A stretch of DNA of 64,000 nt from Ptychomitrium polyphyllum (lineage: Eukaryota): positions 23,002,001 through 23,066,000 of the forward strand of contig OZ316775.1 of NCBI GenBank assembly GCA_973851085.1, read 5' to 3'. Shown here piece by piece: positions 1 to 16,363 of the stretch. Within the stretch, counting starts at the first letter, position 1, and each line of letters begins with the position of its first letter. Under the pieces are notes generated by a model. That model ran no database searches. It saw only the letters and a program-made list of their open reading frames with translations, and had not been told where the DNA came from. The translations under genes were made by a program, and so were the position numbers.

Positions 1-1424
1 TACCACTGGGATTCAGCTGTGATGATCCAAGATCATGGTTGACAGAGCTCTCAGGTCGTCGTCACTGCTGGCTACTAGGAATTCTGATGTAAAATGAAAA
101 CACACAAATATTATCTAATGCACCAAATTCCAGAGTGTAGAAGTAATTTAAATATTCAAAGTGCACTTTCACATCTTTGTGACTTTTTGCAGTTTGAATA
201 ATCAAATTTCAACTTTACTTTGTTCTAAACTATTTGAAGTTGCAAAGTTATTCAAAAAATCCCTTTTTTGCCTCAATTTTTCTGTTTCTTACCTCACATT
301 CACCGCTTTTTTCAAAACCAGAAAGTAGCCATGTCTTGTTTGGTACTCTTTTCGTCCAGCTTTTTTTAACAAATATCAGATTTCGAATTGCATTTATAAT
401 ACGTATATGTACTTTCGAAGAAATACGAGAAAAATCACATCACATCAAAAGAGAAGTAAATGTGAACTACAAAAAAATATCTCATTCTCTGAAAAAAATA
501 ACAAAATTTAAATGTCCCCTATGGTTCACTTTCTAGTGCTTTCACTGTGTTCTTGAAACCAGAGGAAGATAGAACAATAGCAATTGCACAATCTGTATGA
601 GGACTCTACTAATGTTGACGATGCCTAGATTGTCTCCTGATCCAATTCCTGTTTCATCACTCAGCTAGTGTTGACATTGTGATTGCATATTGAAAGAGTG
701 GAGTGAGTTGGAAGGTGAAATCCAATAAGAAGTGTGCATCCTATTTGGTTGCAGAAGACACACACTAACTCCATCAATTGACCTCCAAAAATTCATTAAG
801 TGGTGCAGCAAGCACCTTGTCCAAAATAAAGTGCCTAGTACCTCAACAGATAACAATTTTGTTTTATTGGGAGCCACATTCATTAGTGTGTGAAAATACT
901 GCATGTTTGGTGCTTACAGTCTCTAGAATATCTAATAGTGTAAGGTCCCAAAAGAATTTGTAGCGCCACATCGGCAGGACTCTATTCACAAACATCTAGG
1001 ATGCCTTGAAAGGAAATTTTATTTTTGCCAAAGTAATCAATAAATATTTTTATCGTACTTATTTTTAAAAGGCAACTTGGAAAAGAAGAAAATACTACTG
1101 GTCGTTAGGTACTGGCTTCCTCTTCATTCCTCTTGAACTTACCACTATGCTTCACCTGTTCTGCTGAAATTTCATTAGGAGGTATTCCACTATGAATCAC
1201 ACCTGACCTGCACTTCTGAGGGCTTATCAAGTTCACGGCTTTCTCTACTTCAATTGGTCAGGTTTCCCTTTCTTTGTTTCTGGATCCACCCTGGACCATA
1301 AGCATGATTTCTTATGCCTTTTATAAAAGATTCTTTAATGTCATTTTGAAATTGGGTATAACGTCAAAATGAATGTGTCTCCCACTCCACATTCGTTCAA
1401 AATCATCTTGTCATCAGAATCACA

Positions 1425-1620
1425 TCATAATGGCATTTTATGTCATTTTAATGTTAATTTAATGTGAGTCTGAGTTATTTTGATGTCATGTTGATTTCGG
1501 TTATTTTAATGTCAAGGGTCATTTTAATATCATGTTGATTTGAGTTATTTGAATGTCAAGACAACATTATAAGGATATGAAAATGATAAACTATTGGTTG
1601 ATGTCATTTTGACATCACAT
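1425..1620. repeat. Degenerate short tandem repeats built on gtcattttaatgtc / tgagttattttgatgtcatgttgatt
   Basis: Recurring TCATTTT(A/G)ATGTC and GTTATTTT..ATGTCA units visible by eye. Confidence 0.5.
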
Positions 1621-3028
1621 TTAATGTCTCCAGAGTCACTGATGTTGTTCATGAAGCTTCTCTGAACATTCTAGTTGTATTCAGCCTCTCCTCTGTGCTT
1701 CAGAGTTTCATTTTCCTTCACTTTATGATGGCCAGTTCCTTGGAATATAATTTACATCTGGTTCGGGTTTCAAGGAAGGAAAAAGTTCGTTTTGATAGAT
1801 GCTATAGGAACATTTGATGCATATTTCATGTTCTCTGCACAACTGCATTTCTTTGATGTAATTCTTGTAATCTCAAAGTTACGGCAGTCTGACCTACCAG
1901 CAACATCAGTATGGATCATCAGGCACTCAACTCATGCTGGGCTTTTACATTGGATTCATTTATTTGTAAACCCATTCTCCTTACTTTAGAAAGTGAATGA
2001 GTGACTCAAGGTGCATACATAGAAACATGCGTGTGAATTAAGCCACTGTAACTTTATAGCATTGAAGTATGTATTCCAATCATAAACATTATGAAATAAA
2101 ATAAGAAAAAAATCACTAATGAGATTACTATAAAATGTTGACAATATCTTTACATAATCTTATTTATTATTGGAATAATTTTATATCATATAATTTTCAT
2201 TATAAAGAGATATGCAGTTTAAGTCAATGATCATCTTAGAATTTCACCAACATTTGTTGTCCAACAATGTTCACCTAAATTAACTATCATTATTGTTTTT
2301 TTCATTTTTGGATTATTTGATTAGAATTTCAATTTTTCCATATTTGTGTGGTCAAAAATACTTTTGTTTTTACAAAATTCATCCAATTTTGATGAAAATT
2401 TGTATACATTAATAAAAATGAAACATAAACATAGATGAAAAAATATTTATGTAGCCACTATACTTACAATGAAAAACATTTGTTGCTGACTTGGCAATTG
2501 CTTGTAAATGAATAAACAAAAGCTTTTAATTTTTCTTTAATTTAAAATCAATATTCTTATCAAATTTGAGTCTTATAAAACTATGGTTTTTATTTAGACT
2601 TGTCATTAGAGTTATTTATCAAATCCTTCTTCAAAAAAAAAAGTGCATAATACACTCTAAAATTCATTTTTACCACAAAAACAAGCAAAAATGTGTTTTG
2701 GAGTGTAATTTGATGATCCAATGAACAACTTTTGTATTGTTGAGGAGCTCCATTAAGTCAACCCTTTATTTACTGTAGATGCTTAAAGTTTCTCCAATGC
2801 TCTTCCTATATATGTTACAAATTATTGGGAACTATTACTTATTAGAAAAGCATACTCTAAAAATACAAGATGAAGGCATTCTACTTAATAGATAACTCTA
2901 ATATGTCATCAACAAAATTCAGAAGAACTACTAGTTAATTTCATACTAACTTCACACATCACTAATAGCAAACTCCAGAATCCATACACACTGTTATGGA
3001 AACAATCAGTTTCATTTCTAACTGCATT

Positions 3029-3064
3029 CAGCTCCAAATGGCAGCTCCAAATGGCAGCTCCAAA
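3029..3064. repeat. 13-bp tandem repeat (CAGCTCCAAATGG)x~2.8
   Basis: Direct reading. Confidence 0.85.
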
Positions 3065-4296
3065 ACTTTAGAGTCAAACAAGGTTTTGTAGTAAATTGAT
3101 AACGACAATAATTTTAAAACCTTTATTTAATATTCTTCTGAAACTAATGAAATATAGCTTTATTTCTTTACTATTATTTACTAGTATAAGTTTTAACTAT
3201 ATAATATTCCACCAATGTTCATAGTTATACCAGCTAAAGCACAAGGTTCGAAAGTGGATGTGACCTGTCATAAATACACTGCAACCTTCACATGCCCAAC
3301 TGCTCATCTGGTATGAGTGTCATCATTTGATAACATTATTAAGATAGTGGGAATAAAATGTGCAAACTATTCCTACACTAAAGAAATATGCTGATAAAAC
3401 CTTTCTAACAAATTTCTAAAACAGGCAGAAGAAGGTATGATGATACATCAGCAGGAAGCATCAACTGAAGCTCCCATGGACCCTGAAAGTCAAGACAGAC
3501 AAATTAAATGTTCAGCCTTGTGGAACATCTGACTTGATAAACAACATGAAGCTACAAACTAAAAGGACACAGAACGTTACAGCTTATGATCAGAGAGAAC
3601 AACTCACCCACTTTCAATCCCACAGGTCATGTGCCTGGTGGAAAAAGTCAATAAGACTTGAAAACATGCTGTACCACTGCTTCTGTATGCTGTCCAACAA
3701 AAGTTGGGTTTTAGTTTCCTTAGTCACAAGGTAAGTTTGTCATTGCTGTGCTCAAAGCTCAAGTATCAGATGCATGACCCTTTCAAGGAAAGACTTTCAT
3801 CATTGATCAGTAGAAGTTACGATCTTGTCACTACTAAAGGCACAAGACCTAAGAGTGTACTAAGTTCTGTAAGAAAATTGCAGACTACTTGAACCTCTGA
3901 ATTCCATACAGATAGGCTCGTACTGTACATCCTCCAAGCCTTATGTAGTACTTCTAGTAGTATTTGTATTCAGGAAACTGCTTGATTTTGGTTTTCACAA
4001 GGATAAAACTTGTACCTGTTCAGTGTTAAACAATGGCACAATGCATATGTCATTTGGTATCCAAGATGCACTGCTGGCCCATAGATGATCAAAAGGCAGA
4101 GCCTTACATTAACTACAAGTCAAAGACATGAAAAGATTAACATGTCTTCTAGAGCTCAACAACTTGGCTATTATAAAACAAGAGAAATTTCTTTCTATCT
4201 ATTGTACATTCAAAGTACAAAGACCTCCCTTTGAGGCTTCTGCTGGTGGTAGTGTTTACAAAGCAGTCTTTATATTGAAGTTGATGCAAAGTAGAT

Positions 4297-7200
4297 CTAG
4301 AACTTCAATTCCCTCGCCTTATCTTGTAGTGAAGCCACTGCATATAAAAACAAGATCTGCAATCCATTAGAGGTCTACCACTATATGCAAGCAAGTCATG
4401 CAGACCTCAAGACACAGCCAACAACACTAAGCTTTGACACTTAGAAAAAGGAGACAGGACCCACATTGAAAGGTTGAAAACAAACGATACAATAGTCTCA
4501 CCTTGGTCATCTGTAAGCTTGAACTTCAGCACTTCACAATGTGCCTTCGCCTGCTGTGCATTTTTGCATCTGATTTTGCAACAGGTCACAAATAATGAGT
4601 TTTGGAAAATTTGGAGGAAATTTGTGGCTACATGTAACAAACAAAATAAAGAATATCACTAAATTTTCAACACATGGCAGTAAGGATAACTGATCAAGGT
4701 AGACCAACCCAGATCACAATTACTTGAAACCTAACAAAATGTACCAGTATGTACTTTAGGCTCTTCTACCATTGCTGAGAAGGCATAGTCTAGTGGTTCT
4801 AGCTAGAGCATACTCTTGATGCACATCAACCTAAAACAGAAGGTTCTTCTTGCAACATCATACATTTTACAACAACTGGTGTTAGCTTTGGGTTGCGAAT
4901 GGTTCTGGATTAATTTACCTTGTAAGGAAAAGATAAGTCAGAGGCCTCTATTCAAAACATATGTGCGATAGCAGCCTCTCAGAAGGAACCGTTTCAGATT
5001 TTGGACAACAAAACATTGAGGCAAAATGAAAGAAGAGGTTGTAGGCACATACCCAGCGATAGGAAGAGCACCTTTACATGTGAGATAATTTAGTGCCACC
5101 TACCAAGGAAACAAAATTCAGCACGGCGTTGGAACTCACAATTCGTTGCACTAACTATATCATCTTTGAGGAAACCTGGAGCTAACAACATGCAAAACAG
5201 GGGTACATTCCGTAAAAACCCACAAAGCAGGATCCTAATGGTAAGAACAGCTTTAAGTCGCCATACCTGGGCTACTGACTTGTCTCCTTGCTCTGCACCA
5301 ATTGACTGCATCATCTTCAAAAGGGGTTGAATCTGGGGAAAAACACATACCAAAAAGAATTAGCTTCTATTTTTTTCATAATGATACTCAACTATGGAGA
5401 CTGCGTCCAGCCCTTCACTACGTTGTTATGAGAGAAAAAAAGGTAAACTTTCAACTGAACGAAGAAATCAGTTCTGTAACAGAATAAATATCAGACCTTG
5501 GTAGCTTTTCCGTCAGAGCGGGTCAAAGCTTTATCCGTTAGCAACCCAGAAGCAAGTGGAGAGTAAGCAATCAGTTGTATGTTCCGATCCTGACCTTCCA
5601 CATTTCAATCCACATCAACACATTGATCTTCCCCAGACATTGTACTCGGTGAATATGTACCTTTATACCCTTGACTGGTCTTGTGACAACAATTTAGTTG
5701 AATGACTCAGCAGATTCCAGCCCATGGAGAAATAGATGTAGTTGAACATTATGTGCAATTACCTTACATGCCTTCAAGAGACCATTCTCTTCCACATCTC
5801 GGCTGGCCAGGCTGTGATCCGACATTTGTAGTGAACACATATAGAAAGTGAAGATCAGGCCTCAAAATTACACACTGTTAAATGCATACAATACACAACA
5901 TAGTTCATCGCGAGGAGCTTTCTGACGAGGTACAAAACTAGTCAGAAATATACACTCTCCTCATAATTCCATTGAGGAAATGAGCCTATTGTATGACCAG
6001 GGAGCTCTCTACGTTGTACTGTTGGACCTGTTTATACACACTAGCAAATTGTGCCTAATTAGACCCTTCCTGCGTTCCTGTTTCAAGAAAAACGTAAACT
6101 GAGGAAATTGATTCGTGCAAAATCAAGACTAGTTTCTCAGTTTCACTCATTTTCACTTAGGCTTTCAGCGTGTGTTACCTGTATTGCACTTGGTTTGATG
6201 CCAAAGGTATACCGTATTGAGAGAGCAAGTCATCCGCCTCTTCCATCTGCAAGACAGCCATACTTAAGGAGTTTGAACCAAAAGTACAGTCCTTCCACCT
6301 CTACTCTTGACAAGTTCCTAAATTCGCACATTTTTGTTCTCAGTCAGCAAGCCCTAAACCTGGCCTCTATTACAGAAGCATCTCCACCATGCTCCACTTC
6401 AAAAAATTTAGCATCACTGTAATGCATGCACATCTTGAAAAATGTGGTGGTTTTAACTTGTCCAAAGCTTCACCTGTTCCATTGAGAAATTTGACACTCC
6501 CACTGCTCGAGTGAGACCCTCTTCAACTGCTTCCTTCAAACTTTCCATGAGAGCAGCATTACTGAACGTTGGGAATGGGAAGTGTATCTGCTCATGGAAA
6601 ATTCAAGTGGATGAGTTTTTCCACCAAGATTCAAACAACAGTACAAAACCAGGGAAAAGTAGGCACGTTTGCAAACGCAGCATGGGAGTTAACTCCATAT
6701 ACCTGATAGAGGTCGACTCTTTCCTTGCCTATCCTCTTCAAACTTTCTCGTAGAGCAGCTAGTAAGGACTTCCGACCCAATCTGAACCCCCCACCTGAAC
6801 TCACATTCTGCAATATTAACGGATGATGTACCTCTTTACATTTAAAACGCAATGAACTACAGATAAACCGTTCTTCTGACTAAGCAGAAACAGGCCAACC
6901 ACCTTCGATTTCCAGAGAAACAATGCAGGTATGAAATTGCTCACCAACGAGGAAGTTTGTCCAAGGGATGGTAAAGAATTTGGTGGCAATGACTGGTTGA
7001 ACGCCCTTTCCATCTTGATTGTTCTCCCGCAAAAACTTTCCGAGAAGTTGCTCTGAGGAGGATCCAGACTTAATATTCTGATATCCATAAACCTGCAACC
7101 AGAGCGGCATAATTTTCCATGAGTGACCTAGTTTCACTTCAGCTTTGTAAAACCCCAGTTCCAGCTTACCCACATTCACAGAACTCTCTGCATGAAGTAT

Positions 7201-7446
7201 TGGGTTCTGCATTGGAAATACACACTTTAATGAACGAGATGCCCTTGTCAAATAAATTGTAAAATTCGCAGATGCAAATACCTCAGCGGTGTCAAAAAAA
7301 TTGATGCCACCTGCGACGATTTCATCAAAGGCACTAGCAAGTTCAGCCTCACCAAATGTGTTCCCAAATCCGCTGCCGGGATCCCCCCACTGCAATGTTC
7401 CAACACCTAATCTCGAGACCTGGATTTCGCTCCTGCCCAAATTCAT
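4297..7446 (-). CDS. Aldo-keto reductase family oxidoreductase (pyridoxal reductase/At1g06690-like), 11 coding exons, ~316 aa; start codon uncertain
   Basis: GT-AG exons 7446-7282, 7092-6945, 6794-6703, 6587-6474, 6246-6179, 5811-5763, 5589-5497, 5332-5267, 5099-5053, 4569-4502, 4337-4297 join in frame (951 nt). Motifs LGVGTLQWG, FFDTAEVYG (Asp/Tyr), IATKF (Lys), DLYQIHFP (His), VGVSNF, SNQVQYSL, IAYSPLASGLLT, QVALNY; full AKR catalytic tetrad present. Confidence 0.9.
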
Positions 7447-7953
7447 CACCTCTGTTGTTTGACAGACTCTCGTCACACCTCAGAGTAAAAGCAAAAATGA
7501 CATTCTTGAGCACAAAGCCCTACTCTGCAATCGCAACACACAAAAAACACTATCCACACCCAAAAATGGAACCTTGGCACTTCTCCTCCACCATAGCTTG
7601 GAACAAACAAGAAATGCAACTTCAAACCAAAGATTTTTATATAAGAAAAAAAAGACTCCCACGTTCTCCTAAAAGAGGGGAGAAGTCGACGAGGAAACAG
7701 TCGAATGTGCTACAACGGACAGCATCTTCAAAATGGAGTATGAACTGTATAAGAGAAATCATGAGAAGAAATGGCAGCTGCAGCTGGACATGGTGGATGG
7801 CTGACCAGAAGAGCTGTGCAGAGTGGTGAGTGTGGCATGACATGAAACAGGTCTGGACGAACGGGGGGACGCCACAGGGGCAGGGGTGCCAATGGCATGA
7901 TGAGGGAAGCGAGCGGGGGCAACGCAGGCATACATGGTAGGCGAAGTTCCGAA

Positions 7954-8007
7954 GCGAGGGCGAGGGCGAGGGCGAGGGCGAGGGCGAGGGCGAGGGCGAG
8001 GGCGAGG
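7954..8007. repeat. (GCGAGG)9 microsatellite in the AKR 5' region; encodes a Ser-Pro repeat on the minus strand
   Basis: Perfect hexamer array. Confidence 0.95.
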
Positions 8008-8126
8008 GTGAGAGGGGGGGTTGAAGGGCGAGAGCGAAGGGATTCGCAAGCATTGGAGGCAGAAGAGCTGACATCCTGACGCAAGCGAAGCCACGGACGC
8101 AAGGCCCTCAAGCCCGGCCAAACCAG

Positions 8127-8170
8127 GCCATCCTGCCATGCCATCCATGCCATCCATGCCATGCCATGCC
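8127..8170. repeat. Compound (CCATG)/(CCAT) microsatellite upstream of AKR
   Basis: ccatgccatccatgccatccatgccatgccatgcc. Confidence 0.85.
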
Positions 8171-9452
8171 AGCCTCCACGTGTCCCTTGAAGTTATCCTT
8201 GGCAGGCTGCGGACTCCAGTCGGTCCCCCGGCCATCAAATCCATTTATGCTTTAGTTCCTATTTTAAAACTTAAATCCTTTTCCATTATAATATACTTAG
8301 TTTTCTTTATTGTCACATTTCTGACATGCTTGTTATCCAATGGACTTCCAAATTATAATTTTTAATGCTTCCAATAACTTTAATAAATTTATAGATTTGT
8401 TTACATGCTTCATTACAAGTCAATATATTTATTACTTTATTTTGTTCCTTCAAAGATTGAAAGGTTCTAAAGCATTTTTAAAAAGCTATTGAATTGATGA
8501 AGATGATCTAAATAGTTTATTATGTACTCATATTAGATATAGAAAAGAAATAAAACAATCTAATCATATATTTTGTTGCAAATGAAAAAATTACAAATTT
8601 TAGATTTTATAGATTTTAGAATAAAAGAACTTTCAAAAATACATGTATTTATTATAATATAATTAAAAAATTTACAAGTCCAATTTTTTAACCAATATGC
8701 AATACTTTGAAATTATTATATAGTTTATTAACTAATTTATAACTACAGTTTTAGCAATTAGCAATTGCACTTAATTGCACATATTCATTTTAATATTCAA
8801 ATTTCATTAATAATCAAAATGACCTGCAATATACATAATGCATAAACATTAGCTTCAATAAGTTTGTTATATAATTGTATAATTTTGAATTGCAATATGT
8901 GAAAATCATATATAATTCATACAAACGTCTTTCAATAGATTCTTTTAAATCTTATTCGTGTAGATCCTTGTAGATTGTATATTATACATTCATCAATTGT
9001 TAAAAGCTTGTTTAATTAAAGAAGATGAATAAGTTTAGATCATATATTACAAATAAATTCACGCCCATATGCATTCACTTTTAATTGAGGTTATTATTAC
9101 TTATTGGTTTTATTTAGTGAAAATAAATTACTTCAACTATCAAAGATTGTTGCATATGTGATTTTTATAAGTTCAGCGGATTTTATAGAAGAAATAGATA
9201 AGAAGTATGATGTTTTAAGTTTCATGCAATCAACTTTAAATTAGGTTTTAGGATTTAGCATTTAGCATTTAGAATTTAGATTTATCAAAATTTATCATCA
9301 ATAATTTTTATTGCCTATGTTTTTAATCTAATTTAATTTTAAAATGATTCATAATACATGTGTTATTCTGCTTAAATTAAAAATCTAACAACAAAATTTC
9401 ATTGTGTTTTTTAATTGTTGATTTTTAAATAATGAAACAACATTGATTACAT

Positions 9453-9628
9453 TGCATTAAAAAATTTAATAAGAAATAAACCATGATATATTAATTGAAC
9501 ATAAGAAATTGAAACAATATATTACTATGCATTAAAAAATTTAATAAGAAATAAACCATGATATATTAATTGAACATAAGAAATTGAAACAATATATTAC
9601 TATGCATTAAAAAATTTATAAGAAACAA
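9453..9628. repeat. 75-bp tandem duplication (~2.3 copies)
   Basis: TGCATTAAAAAATTT... restarts at 9453, 9528 and 9603; first two units identical. Confidence 0.9.
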
Positions 9629-12600
9629 AAACATCTATATTAGTGCAATTTTAATTGTTGTCAGTTGCAATATAATTAACAACTTCTTAATGCCAGTTTT
9701 TTTCATACTTGTATATGGATTCATATATCGCTGCTTTAAACAAATCTAAAGTGTTTTATAGATTATATATTTAGCTTCACCTATTCAATAAGTTATTTTT
9801 TATTTTTTATTTCTTTCCATAGGTTATACTACATTTTGAATTTTTAAGGTTTTTAACTTTTTGCAACACTAGTAATGAAGCTATTTTTAATATTAATAGA
9901 TTAATTTATGTATCATAAATAACACAACCTTGATTTTTTTTAAATGCATCATTTTGAAATAATTTGACTTAGAATTTTATTTAAAACGAAATATTAATAA
10001 TACAAAAATATTACTAAAATTACATCAAAATTCAATGGAATTCCTTTAAGCATTCACCAACCTACCCTTCATGCTATACAAAAGTTAAGTGTTTATATTG
10101 AACATCATTATAACTTAAATAAATACATATAAGTTTTTATTAAAAATATAGACACTAATCATGAAAAGTTTATGTTCACTTTTTAAAGAACAAAACTTAA
10201 GTTGATAGTTTGTTTATATTAAAAGCTCTTAGAGTTCATAACTTGTATATAGTATCCAAATAATGCATGCTAAAATGTATTGCTAAAATAATTTTCTCCT
10301 TATATATATGTTTCAGGACCATAGGACCTTGACATTTTTTGGATTAATGATCTCCTTGAGGTTGCTAGAAGTTACTCTCCTTGAGTTTGAGAGGACATTG
10401 TCTACACTTATTGTGTAAAGTTTTCCGTGAACTTTTTCATCCATAGAAATTTGCAAAATTCATTTTCATATTTTGCTAGATGTAACCTAATTACAAGGTA
10501 CTACACCATTGAGAATTTGCCATTTCTTTGGGCCACTTCCCAATACCCTCGAATCTGAACAGCCCCTTTACCGATCTCTGTACTCAGGTTTGATGCGGTT
10601 TGATGGAGAACAAATTCTCAGAACCTATTGAAAAATTAGGAAAATTGGTTGAATAACAGGATTCTCTTGCGTCAATAAATAATCAAAATAACCACAAACA
10701 AAAGAATTACAGTGAAAAAAACAAAGGGACGCAAAGGTACAAACTCAAGCATCTGTCAAGTGTCAGGGGCAGGGGCAGGGGCAGGGTCAGGGTCAGAGAA
10801 ACCAGCGACAATTCGGGGATCTAAACCAAAATATTGGGACCAGGAACAAGGACGATCAGTGTCGTCATTGCGCACAGGGAGTATTGTACCAATTGCAGGC
10901 CAATGCTGATAGCGTGATATTTTCACTCTCGCCGCCCACTCCATGTTGAAGTGACATGGGAAAACACGATAATTAGCGAGACCTGTTTAGATTTGGACTC
11001 TGGAGTCCCCCTAAATCCAGAGTGTAGCTAAACTTAGCTTAATCCCACCGACTATAACATGAAAGGCCACAAGTTAGGGTAATGTCACAAGCAACGGCGA
11101 TGGTTGCAGTGGGTTACTGGGCAGCACTGGGATCATCAATGAGATAATCGATGGGAACGTCAGGCTCCATTCTGTGCTGATTTGAGTCATGTTCATTGCA
11201 GGTCGGTTTAACCCTTTGGAGCCTAGAGTACTGTAGCAGACCCACATAAATTTTCACTGAAGTTGTAACGATCCCTCTTTGTGACAAAAATCGGTAGATG
11301 ATTCATAATTTTGAACCACACAAATTTGCAGTTCACTCGTATTGCAACCTGCATGGGAAATTTGAAGCAACATCCACTAGCCAGATTGAAAGATTATGAT
11401 CTGTACATGTACAGGATTCTTGGGTGGAAACTACCTGCTCTTGGAAAGGTCCTCATTCAACGTTCTATAGAATCTGCAAAAAAATTCCAAAATCTCAATG
11501 AAACCATCAGAGGTGTGAGATGGATTTTGCATTCCAACATTACATAGTAACTGCCAGGCACCTTCAGAGGGAATTATGAGCATTATTTCAAGGGCAGAGG
11601 AGTCTAAGCCACAGCGTTGAAGGTTAAACATTGTACAAAATGTACCATTCCATTAAAGGACAACTGCTTATGTCAGACACAAAAGTAGACATAATTGGAA
11701 TGCCAAGTGACTTACAGATGAAATTTTTTCAAACATACATTTTGTCACTCAGTAATACCTGAAAGTAACAAATATGGTATGATTGCATATGGATACAACT
11801 CCTTTCCTTCTCTAATTTTTCTTTCATACTAATAAAATAATATGTTTACTATTAAGCATCCCCATCTATATGAAACTGACCACATTGTAGTGCATTCTTT
11901 ACACACTGTGCTGTGTATTCTTCATTTCTCTTTCTCTTTACACATTACTGTTTCAAATAGGAACATATATGGCCTCATTGTGATTAACATGAAGGTCCAA
12001 TTTAAATGACTAATTTTGTATTACATAGATCTTACAAGTGTGCAAATCTGAACCTCAAATATGAAAGCCCAATTCACAACCCATTCTAAGTTGCTCTTAT
12101 TATTACCTTGTCCTAATAAGCAGTAGTATAGTGTTAACTTAGAACATTACTACACTACTTGTGGAAAATAGTACCATGTACATTCATTAATTAAAAATGA
12201 TATAACCTTTTATATAAGATGGATACTTTTACCAATTATATGCATGAAAATCTTTCAATATAAATTATTTAGATATTCTATTTTTGATAAACATATTCAC
12301 TTTGTAAAAAAATTAATACTAAAGAAAAGATTAGTACGGATGGTGTCATAAGTCAAATGTAATGATTGGCATTTGCACTATAATTCTTGGTGTTGAAAAT
12401 TGAAATTATAAAAAAAATTATACTAATGTATAATAATAAAAAGTTCATTAAGTTATATATTTGTAATCAAGGGCCAAAGTCGACACATTTACATAGAAGA
12501 AATTGGAATATAGTTGTCATATATAACATGTATAATATTCATAGTGTTAAAAAATTGTTTTAGATGTTTACAATTATATGCAAATAATAAATAAAAGATT

Positions 12601-13640
12601 AGAAATTTTTTATATAATACAAAATAATTTGACCTTAATGAGTAAATTATTAATGTTTGCAACTATTCATCACAATTTCCTTGGGAAATAAGAAAAATTA
12701 TAGTTAATAAATAAAAAGTTTAAGTTTTTTAATGAAGTAGATTTTTGAACTATGATAACAAAAAACAATTGTATGTATGGTGAATTGTAAACATTCAATC
12801 ATAGATGTGAGAAAAGATTTTAGATCTTATCATTAAAGACATCAAGCTTGCAATACATGTATTTTATTATAATGATTTTTTTTCAAAATAAAAGTGGCAC
12901 ACATTGTATTCTATCAAAAAAATTTAATCAAACTTTCAAGTTGTTCGATAGTACACATTGTACTTGAATTAAAAGTAGATAGAAAAGAGCATGAATTGAT
13001 GTCTATATAATCCATAGATTCTTCTTGTTCCTAAATTTGGATGCATTTTACCCTCATATTTAAGATTCTACTATTTTGAACTTCAACAATTTGCTTAAAA
13101 TTTATGGTAAATTTTTTGCAAATTGAAAATTTCATTGAGTTCAACATTTAGAAAAATAAAAAAATATAGAAGTTGTTCCATTTTGAATTTGCATACATTT
13201 TGAATTTATATACATTTACATGCTAATTGCTTAAAATTACAATCATGAAAAACCTTCCTTAAACATAATTGAAAATTGTATGATGCTTTAGGATTCTATT
13301 TAGTATATGTAGCATGTTCTTATAATCCAAAGAAAAATTTGGGTAGTTCCTTCCATCATTTAAGAATATTATAATGCTTGTAGCATTATCCTTGAATCAT
13401 TTTTAAACCACATGTTAAAGATCAGGTATATATATTCATCTATTCTTCATCTATACAGATTACCAAAACAAGTTTCTTTTTTCAAGGGTTAAAATTCTAT
13501 ATTGGGTCAAATTCTTCGTCGTTGAGCATAGAAATGCTTCGTAACCGGATACCTTTGATAGATACCCAGGACAGGGTGAAAGCAGGGGCATCGGGGCCTC
13601 GGGCCTATGGAGAATGTTATGCCATTACGGCATGACGGTG

Positions 13641-13714
13641 CAGGTCAGGTCAGGTCAGTGCAGGTCGGGTCAGGTCAGGTCAGGTCAGGTCAGTGCAGAT
13701 CAGGTCAGGTCAGG
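13641..13714. repeat. (CAGGT)n pentanucleotide microsatellite upstream of SRPK
   Basis: ~15 units with a few variants (cagtg, cgggt, cagat). Confidence 0.9.
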
Positions 13715-14122
13715 GGGGTTTTATCGAAATTTTATCAAGCGGGCGCTTCCCGCTCGCAGCGCCGCTAACTGACCGAACTCGCCGGTAAGGCCTAGAGCGC
13801 CCACCGCGGAGCGACCGGACGCGGCAGTGGCAATCCGAGTCCCGAGTGGCAGAGCGCTTCGACGCTCGACATTCCCCTTGCCCACGCTTCGCGGCGTTTC
13901 GCAGCCCCCGTCGTTGTCGACTGCGCACCCACCCATCACGGCCACCATCTCATGGCCGCACTCCGCTGCCGATTAGAGATGTGATTTCGTTGGGATTCTT
14001 GAAGAGCCTAGAGGGAGCATGGTGGAGTTCCGTGTAGGAGGGGAGTGGCTGTGAGGTGCTGTGGGTTGGATTGGGTTGGGGAGGGAAGGGGAGGGGAGGA
14101 GAGGGGAGGTGGGGGGAGGTGA

Positions 14123-16363
<2,241 letters not shown>

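Noticed and set aside
1..1800. Exon-like minus-strand segments
   Set aside because: Stops in all frames tried and no recognisable domain; no gene model could be built
7728..8244. Overlapping ORFs with LA/PR/AR repeats
   Set aside because: Open frames are produced by the GC-rich hexamer microsatellite
13641..13714. (CAGGT)n equals the splice-junction consensus CAG|GT upstream of a splicing kinase
   Set aside because: Probably upstream of the transcript; an ordinary microsatellite explains it
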